A stretch of DNA of 64,000 nt from a virus. The DNA lies in IMG/VR virus record IMGVR_UViG_3300033149_004566, positions 32,001 to 96,000 of that record. One strand, 5' to 3'. This document shows, in pieces, positions 58,658-64,000 of this stretch (its first letter is position 1; each line of letters begins with the position of its first letter). The translations under genes and the position numbers were made by a program. The notes beneath the pieces are model-generated. The model made no database searches, was not told the origin of the DNA, and saw nothing but the letters and a program-made list of their open reading frames with translations.

Positions 58658-58997
58658 TCTTCAACCTCCATAAAGTCCGCAGTGAATCATTTGACAAGTG
58701 CGAAAGCATGTGAATTTTTTTGACGTGGGCTAAAATTAATCTGACTCCGAACACCGAATATATTATTTCTCTTAGAATTTCATTGCCGTCAAAGTATTCG
58801 CATCTATTGCATTTATCACAGTTGCAGCACAGCACTTCGTACAGCTTTTCAAATAACATGTCATTGTTAAAAAATCCCACGCATGATAACGTTTTTTTCA
58901 TGCCATTATGGCCCAATAGATACGATGAATGTTTCCGTATCAGTATTTCAAGAGCAGCTTTATTGTGTATGATGTATTTCAACAATTTAATATTCAT
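58629..58997 (-). CDS. Array member 3
   Basis: LCCNCDKCNRCEYFD...LREIIY. Confidence 0.78.
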   Translation of the reverse strand: MNIKLLKYIIHNKAALEILIRKHSSYLLGHNGMKKTLSCVGFFNNDMLFEKLYEVLCCNCDKCNRCEYFDGNEILREIIYSVFGVRLILAHVKKIHMLSHLSNDSLRTLWRLKNESIVILHR

Positions 58998-59367
58998 GGC
59001 AAGCTGTCCCGTATCTTTGTAATAAAACTTCGTTGGATATTCTATGCATCATTTCTGATGCCGTTAAACCAACATTATTTTTTAGTTCTTCGAGAATATT
59101 TCTTGTATAGTATATGTTTTTTACTACATATTCTAATGGAAACATGTTTACGAGAATTCTGCCCCGTTTACAGATACAAACATTACATAATTTATCACTC
59201 AGCTCTTTTGAAAAATATTTTAATTTTCTATAAACACGTTTTATCGGCCACATGTTTACGTGATCGTTCAATATGAGATGATATTTTGAACGATTATTGT
59301 TATTAAATTCTGTTATTATTGCTTTCATTTTTTCTTTCACCAAAAAAGTGGAGTTATAAAACTCCAC
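58987..59367 (-). CDS. Array member 2 (degenerate, 3 Cys in motif)
   Basis: LCNVCICK...LEYVV..IY. Confidence 0.65.
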   Translation of the reverse strand: MEFYNSTFLVKEKMKAIITEFNNNNRSKYHLILNDHVNMWPIKRVYRKLKYFSKELSDKLCNVCICKRGRILVNMFPLEYVVKNIYYTRNILEELKNNVGLTASEMMHRISNEVLLQRYGTACHEY

Positions 59368-59719
59368 GCCTGATTAACTCGTTTTTTATGTCGTCTATCG
59401 AAAGAAAATCCAACATGTCTTCGACGTCTATGGCATCCAATAGTTCGTCCATTGTAATTCTCCCGTCCATTAGAGTCGTGACGAAGTGGTGGGCGTCGTA
59501 TAATACCTTATCACAGTTTTCACACCTGTCGCAATTTTCACAGAAAACGTCCTCGATCGCTCCGCGTAATACTGACAGCAATTTACTTTCGTCGTCTTCG
59601 AGGACATAATATATATCGTGTATGAATTCCTCCATCTCCTCATATAAAGACAGGTTGTAGATTTTTTTGAATAATTTTTTATCTTTGCCTACCGTGGTGT
59701 TATATATAATCACGTACAC
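59354..59719 (-). CDS. Array member 1 (most acidic)
   Basis: FCENCDRCENCD; MDELLDAIDVEDMLDFLSIDDI. Confidence 0.78.
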   Translation of the reverse strand: MYVIIYNTTVGKDKKLFKKIYNLSLYEEMEEFIHDIYYVLEDDESKLLSVLRGAIEDVFCENCDRCENCDKVLYDAHHFVTTLMDGRITMDELLDAIDVEDMLDFLSIDDIKNELIRRGVL

Positions 59720-60174
59720 TACAGCACCTCAACGTATTCATTGCAATAGAAGCAAAAATACTTCTTTTCTCTTCTATCATACGCGGATTTTTTTCCGCAC
59801 ACGACACACGACCTTTTATGAAGATCTTCCACGCTATCACATGGTATCGGCTCCAATTTTTCAAACAAACTGTCGTCGCGTTTTGATATTCCTTGTACTA
59901 TGTTTACCAACATGTGCCATATTTTTGCTACCTGTATTGGGTCGTATTCATATTTTAATGCGTCGAGCACGTATGCTTGTGTTTTATTTTTTATAATCAC
60001 GTGTCCGAGATATTCTGATTTGGCAATATTCTCCGGCGTGTTCCATGGATGAGACCAGAACAGTATGGCGGATAATCTGACGTCATAATTTCCGCCTTTT
60101 TCAACGTCTCTTTTTTCGCAATACCTGAAAATCTTGTCTATGGTGTTGTAATAATACATGCCTAGGAAATTCAA
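59719..60174 (-). CDS. Hypothetical protein with C-terminal zinc ribbon
   Basis: CVVCG...YFCFYC; coupled to E1 and to array member 1. Confidence 0.75.
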   Translation of the reverse strand: MNFLGMYYYNTIDKIFRYCEKRDVEKGGNYDVRLSAILFWSHPWNTPENIAKSEYLGHVIIKNKTQAYVLDALKYEYDPIQVAKIWHMLVNIVQGISKRDDSLFEKLEPIPCDSVEDLHKRSCVVCGKKSAYDRREKKYFCFYCNEYVEVL

Positions 60175-60845
60175 GACGTGAGCACCATGAAATTTTCTAC
60201 ATCATAATCATATCTGAAATGATTTTTGTCCGCGTTATCACGGATTTCATTAAATATCAGGGCGCAGGCGGTTGCTGCGACTTGATTCAACGTGAAAATT
60301 ATGGTTTGCTGTGTACACGGAATGTCAAGTGTTTTTCTATCTAATGTCTCTGCCCAATTATCGATTTTTTCTGGTGTCACGTAGAACACCGCGCAGAATA
60401 GTCCTCCTGTTCTTGCGTCGATTATAGTTCTCTTGTTTTTTAAAAGGACGTCTTTCACTATTTTTCTAGAGGTCATCGAGTCGACTCCGAGAACGACAAA
60501 GTCGCACTCTTTGAACTCATTCACGTGGTTTTTTCCGAACAATTCGTTGTACTTGATGACTTCAACTCTTCCAGGAGATACTTGCTTGATTCGGTTTTCA
60601 AGAGCGTCTACCTTTGGAAGATCTACTTCGTCCCTGAAGAAGAATTGATTCGGAAGGTTGTGCTCTTCGATCACGTCATCATCAAACAGCACGAATTTTC
60701 CGACGCCCATTTTTGCCAGCATCGTGCATATGATGGAGCCGACAGAGCCACATCCTATCATCATGACGCTTACATCCTGTATTGTTTCGGGATTAATCCA
60801 TCCCGATTGCCTCAAAAAGGTATTTATAATGTTCATCTTTATCAA
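60171..60845 (-). CDS. ThiF/E1-like Ubl-activating enzyme
   Basis: RQ, IGCGSVGS, FDDDVIEEHNLPNQ, PKV, GVDS, IDAR.GG; putative catalytic Cys in IPCTQ. Confidence 0.95.
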   Translation of the reverse strand: MIKMNIINTFLRQSGWINPETIQDVSVMMIGCGSVGSIICTMLAKMGVGKFVLFDDDVIEEHNLPNQFFFRDEVDLPKVDALENRIKQVSPGRVEVIKYNELFGKNHVNEFKECDFVVLGVDSMTSRKIVKDVLLKNKRTIIDARTGGLFCAVFYVTPEKIDNWAETLDRKTLDIPCTQQTIIFTLNQVAATACALIFNEIRDNADKNHFRYDYDVENFMVLTS

Positions 60846-62056
60846 CTATAATAATTGATTCTTTTTCTCGATTTTTTGATTATATAACTTCGTTTATTCA
60901 CGTTGTAATAATTATGATAATCGCTTTTCGCTACGACGACGTCTTTTTTGTCAATCCATTCATATATGCCGTCTATTTTGACTAGATATTTGTCATTGCC
61001 TTCGATTATTATCTCGCCAGGTTTCATCGCATAGTTGTCATTTTTTACAGCACATTTTTTAAGAGATCGTGAGCTGTAAGATTTTTTTATCATTGTTTTT
61101 ACCTTTTCTACGAACTCTATGACTTTCGGATCGTTCATCATGGAATCTGGATCTCCGTAGAATTTTATCTCCTTGCATTTTTTGTGAACGTCTCCAGGAT
61201 AATCTATTTGCACGTGCGACTTCATGGTTGTAAAATTCATGTTTTCAGTGAACGACGTTACTACACTGAGTACGGCCGGCCATCCCATTTTTAGGAATAG
61301 ATCGATCGTTGATTTATCTGTTCCGGATATGAACGTTGACATTGATCCGTGGCTATGCCACGTGCCTATTATTGACTCCTTTTCAAATGGTTTTGTTGGA
61401 GCTTTTATCATTTCGATGTTAGAGATTCCGTAATCCTCCAACGCATCTTTTTCATAGTCAACCGAACCGGACGTTACGCTCTGTTTGATTATCACCAACT
61501 CAGTGATGAGTATTTTCATCAGTTTGCCATCGTCGTATGTTTTTTTACCTATTATTAGGCCTCCAATTTCGCTGTTGCCAAATGACAACGTGAGAAGGGC
61601 TATTTCAGCTGCAACCTGTTCGCTAAAATATACTTCAAAGTCCTGTTTTATTTCTTTCTTTTTCGTATATTTCGCGAGCGTTTTTATCTTCTTCTTTTTT
61701 AGATCTCTCTCCTGCCATAAAGTATAGATTTTGTAGTTCCCAACCCATTTTATACATAAGTCGCGAGCGTCGCACAACTTTTTATTGTCAGTATTTTTAC
61801 ACGTCAGACATTTTTCGTCGTAGCTGTAATCATCTAAATGACGATCGATTTCGTTCTCATATAGATCTACATCGTAAAGCACGTAATATGGGTCATAATG
61901 CTTGTAGTCCTCGTTCTTACAAACTTTACATAGATCGTCATTGCCATTGAGATACCACGCGCATTTTTCGCATATTCTTTCATCCATTTCTACACCCCAT
62001 GCATAGTCCATCTTTATCCAAGGCAAACATTTTTCCGCATGATACACATTCGTCAT
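60842..62056 (-). CDS. JAB/MPN+ metallopeptidase with Cys-rich N-terminal region
   Basis: EIGG...Q.V...V...GTWHSHGSMSTFISGTD (E...HxH...S..D). Confidence 0.93.
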   Translation of the reverse strand: MTNVYHAEKCLPWIKMDYAWGVEMDERICEKCAWYLNGNDDLCKVCKNEDYKHYDPYYVLYDVDLYENEIDRHLDDYSYDEKCLTCKNTDNKKLCDARDLCIKWVGNYKIYTLWQERDLKKKKIKTLAKYTKKKEIKQDFEVYFSEQVAAEIALLTLSFGNSEIGGLIIGKKTYDDGKLMKILITELVIIKQSVTSGSVDYEKDALEDYGISNIEMIKAPTKPFEKESIIGTWHSHGSMSTFISGTDKSTIDLFLKMGWPAVLSVVTSFTENMNFTTMKSHVQIDYPGDVHKKCKEIKFYGDPDSMMNDPKVIEFVEKVKTMIKKSYSSRSLKKCAVKNDNYAMKPGEIIIEGNDKYLVKIDGIYEWIDKKDVVVAKSDYHNYYNVNKRSYIIKKSRKRINYYS

Positions 62057-63203
62057 AGCCGACGACTATTTTACAGAAATCCGTTATATATGAATCTTCT
62101 GGATTGTATGTCACGCACATTTCTCTAATGAGTAGTACCAGGTTAACTATGTCCAACTGTGCAGACGCATTTTTTATGGCAACGCTAAAGCTGCCCATGC
62201 ATATCTTATCTGTACCGATATGTGGCGTGATATACGCATCATACGGGGCAAATGTTGGGCCCTCGTGTTTTACCAACACGGGATCCATTCCGATAGAGCA
62301 AGACCATGTGAACGTTCCGATCGGGATGTATTCCTCGCAATGATCGTTCTCGAAGTATAATTCTAGATCGTGATACACGACGTTTATTCCGTTGTCCACG
62401 ACCTCTACGTCGATGTTATCAAGTTTTTTTAATATTTCCAACGTTTTTGGCAAGTTTAATAGATTTTTATGACAGTTTTTGATGTTTTGTGATATTTCTC
62501 TTTTCTTAACGGCTGATTTGACGTTTGCAAGTAGGTTAAAATTGTACTTGAGAGCAATGTTAAATAACGGCAAGAATTCCGCAATTTTTTTGTCTGTTAA
62601 TTTTATCTCGTCTCCATTGACCACCGTTTCAACAAAGTTTTCTAAGACCGTATTTACGTTCGTTATGGCGTAAAAGTTTTCATCCAGTTTGGACGCTATG
62701 ATTTCGCCCTTCTCATTTACTATGATGGACTTGGCAATGAACGCGTCGCCGACTCTATCCATTAATATGAGGTGCGGGATTTCACCCTTGACGTCCGAGT
62801 TTAGATAATCGTCTATTGTCGACACCAACTTACCACCTTCAAAGTTAAATCTGTTAACGACCTCGTCTGGAAACCACATGTTGTCTTCCGATAAGTTAAC
62901 GAATCCCGGAATCCTGTCGACGACTATTTGAATTTTATTTAATGAATCAATTGCGTCTTCATCCCAATATATGGCTTTTGAAGCCAATACTCTGGTTATA
63001 TATGCCATGTCTCCAATTCTTAATCTTTTATCGTGTTCAAGAGTCTTATGTTCGCATTCGTTGTCGATGCCGATTGCACATCTATACGTTTCACAGTCTT
63101 CGTGGATCACGTCGCAAGCGGCACAGCACTTGTAACTTTTAATTATCTGGTTCGGACATCCGCCCGCTTTTATATGCTTTTTGCAATACATCGATGTTAT
63201 CAT
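61980..63203 (-). CDS. Prokaryotic E2-like (UBC fold) protein with N-terminal Cys/SH3-like module and C-terminal Zn finger
   Basis: TPHIGTDKICMG (PH...C catalytic motif), TYNPEDSY; lies between Ubl and JAB. Confidence 0.75.
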   Translation of the reverse strand: MITSMYCKKHIKAGGCPNQIIKSYKCCAACDVIHEDCETYRCAIGIDNECEHKTLEHDKRLRIGDMAYITRVLASKAIYWDEDAIDSLNKIQIVVDRIPGFVNLSEDNMWFPDEVVNRFNFEGGKLVSTIDDYLNSDVKGEIPHLILMDRVGDAFIAKSIIVNEKGEIIASKLDENFYAITNVNTVLENFVETVVNGDEIKLTDKKIAEFLPLFNIALKYNFNLLANVKSAVKKREISQNIKNCHKNLLNLPKTLEILKKLDNIDVEVVDNGINVVYHDLELYFENDHCEEYIPIGTFTWSCSIGMDPVLVKHEGPTFAPYDAYITPHIGTDKICMGSFSVAIKNASAQLDIVNLVLLIREMCVTYNPEDSYITDFCKIVVGYDECVSCGKMFALDKDGLCMGCRNG

Positions 63204-63218
63204 ACAAAATCACCACGT

Positions 63219-63500
63219 TTATCGAGGTAAAACTGTCATAAAAATGGGAAATAGGGGATTTTTATCATTTGTAATTCTTGTAGATTTGAAAGAAATTATT
63301 CCTTCCGGAATATCTTTTACGAGCGTGCTCTTGTTAATTATTTTTCCAGATATTACCATGGGTTGAGTACCATCTTTTACACTGATCTTTTCATCATCTA
63401 TTAATTGTTCAACGACCTGACTACAGGTCATATCCTCGTCAAATTCGACAGTATAGATGCCAATGCCCCAAATGGCGAAGTTAAGTTTTCTTTTTGTCAT
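63219..63500 (-). CDS. Ubiquitin-like beta-grasp protein, copy B (no Gly at conjugation position)
   Basis: Near-colinear paralog of 63505-63792; ends ...STRITND-KNPLFPIF. Confidence 0.7.
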   Translation of the reverse strand: MTKRKLNFAIWGIGIYTVEFDEDMTCSQVVEQLIDDEKISVKDGTQPMVISGKIINKSTLVKDIPEGIISFKSTRITNDKNPLFPIFMTVLPR

Positions 63501-63504
63501 GTTT

Positions 63505-63792
63505 TCAACTCTTTTGAGGAAAATTATTATAAAAAATAGGGAAAAGGGCTTTTTTGCCCTGTTTGATTTCCGGTGGCGTGAAGCTAATCATTCCTTCTGG
63601 AATGTCTTTCACGAGAGTGCTCACGTCAATCACTCTGCCAGATACTTTCATTACCTGGGCCCCGTCTTCTACACGAAGCTTTCCATCGATAATTAATTGT
63701 TCAACGACCTGACTGCAGGTCATATCCTCGTCAAATTCGGCAGTGTAAAGGCCAACGCCCCAAATGCCGAAGTTAAGTTTTCTTTTGGCCAT
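63505..63792 (-). CDS. Ubiquitin-like beta-grasp protein, copy A (...EIKQG + 16-aa extension)
   Basis: Ub-like pattern: two beta strands, E.D..MT...V...L, SGR.ID...L..D, last strand, G79. Confidence 0.75.
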   Translation of the reverse strand: MAKRKLNFGIWGVGLYTAEFDEDMTCSQVVEQLIIDGKLRVEDGAQVMKVSGRVIDVSTLVKDIPEGMISFTPPEIKQGKKALFPIFYNNFPQKS

Positions 63793-63797
63793 TTTTT

Positions 63798-63998
63798 TCA
63801 ACTCATCGGTTTTATCGTTGCACTGAAAGACGATTTTACAGGCACGTCTTCGAGGTGCAATAAAAATTCTTCATTTTCATTTATTTCGTTATTTCCTTTC
63901 GGATAATCTATCATGATGACACTTTCAATGTCATTCGCTTTTTTATAGATTATCCTGTACGAATTGTTTAAAATGCATCCTTTTTGGTATGCTAATAC
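63798..63998 (-). CDS. Partial hypothetical CDS (start outside the window)
   Basis: Open frame VLAYQKGC...TIKPMS*. Confidence 0.5.
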   Translation of the reverse strand, partial: VLAYQKGCILNNSYRIIYKKANDIESVIMIDYPKGNNEINENEEFLLHLEDVPVKSSFSATIKPMS

Positions 63999-64000
63999 GA

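Larger units (their letters stand above)
1..64000. mobile_element. Segment of a tailed (Caudoviricetes, myovirus-type) archaeal virus or provirus genome
   Basis: Complete head-tail gene order (TerS, TerL, portal, MuF, protease, MCP, sheath, tube, baseplate J); TFS and TFB domains; GGTGA SD motifs upstream of 28961, 38998 and 52810; no cellular housekeeping genes. Confidence 0.95.

Noticed and set aside
54615-59719. Array proteins as ferredoxins, radical SAM or RING E3s
   Set aside because: Spacing is CxxCxxCxxC, not CxxCxxCxxxCP or CxxxCxxC, and four Cys cannot form a cross-brace RING
60171-60845. ThiF/MoeB for thiamine or molybdopterin synthesis
   Set aside because: No pathway genes; neighbours are E2-like and JAB; lacks the MoeB CxxC zinc pairs
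63798-64000. Third Ubl copy
   Set aside because: Partial ORF shows no convincing similarity to the two Ubls and no terminal Gly

Overview
This window is part of a tailed dsDNA virus (or provirus) genome with a contractile tail. The host is almost certainly an archaeon: the window encodes a TFS zinc ribbon and a TFB cyclin domain, and several starts have GGTGA/GGAGG Shine-Dalgarno motifs. There are three blocks. (1) 1-10.3 kb, leftward accessory genes: RNase H, a SLOG/DprA-like protein, a B12-binding corrinoid protein, a YdjM-like hydrolase, and a run of small diverged paralogs. An AT-rich, repeat-containing divergent region with an RHH-like regulator lies at 9.5-10.5 kb. (2) 10.7-53.7 kb, the rightward virion operon: TerS, very basic proteins, TerL, a LigD-phosphoesterase/TFS fusion, portal, a MuF/LigD-polymerase/TFB polyprotein, a nucleotidyltransferase, protease-scaffold, MCP, three GT4 glycosyltransferases, sheath, tube, a chaperone with a probable +1 frameshift, a short tape measure, baseplate, two paralogous fibres, membrane proteins and a ParA-like ATPase. 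(3) 53.9-64 kb, a leftward, tightly coupled operon, which is the best candidate for an undescribed system. It holds a virus-encoded ubiquitin-like conjugation cassette (two Ubl paralogs, an E2-like protein, a JAB peptidase and a ThiF/E1 enzyme). This is followed by 15 tandem diverged ~105-130 aa paralogs with a CxxCxxCxxC core and a stand-alone copy of the E2 N-terminal domain. All calls are from reading motifs by eye; no searches were run.
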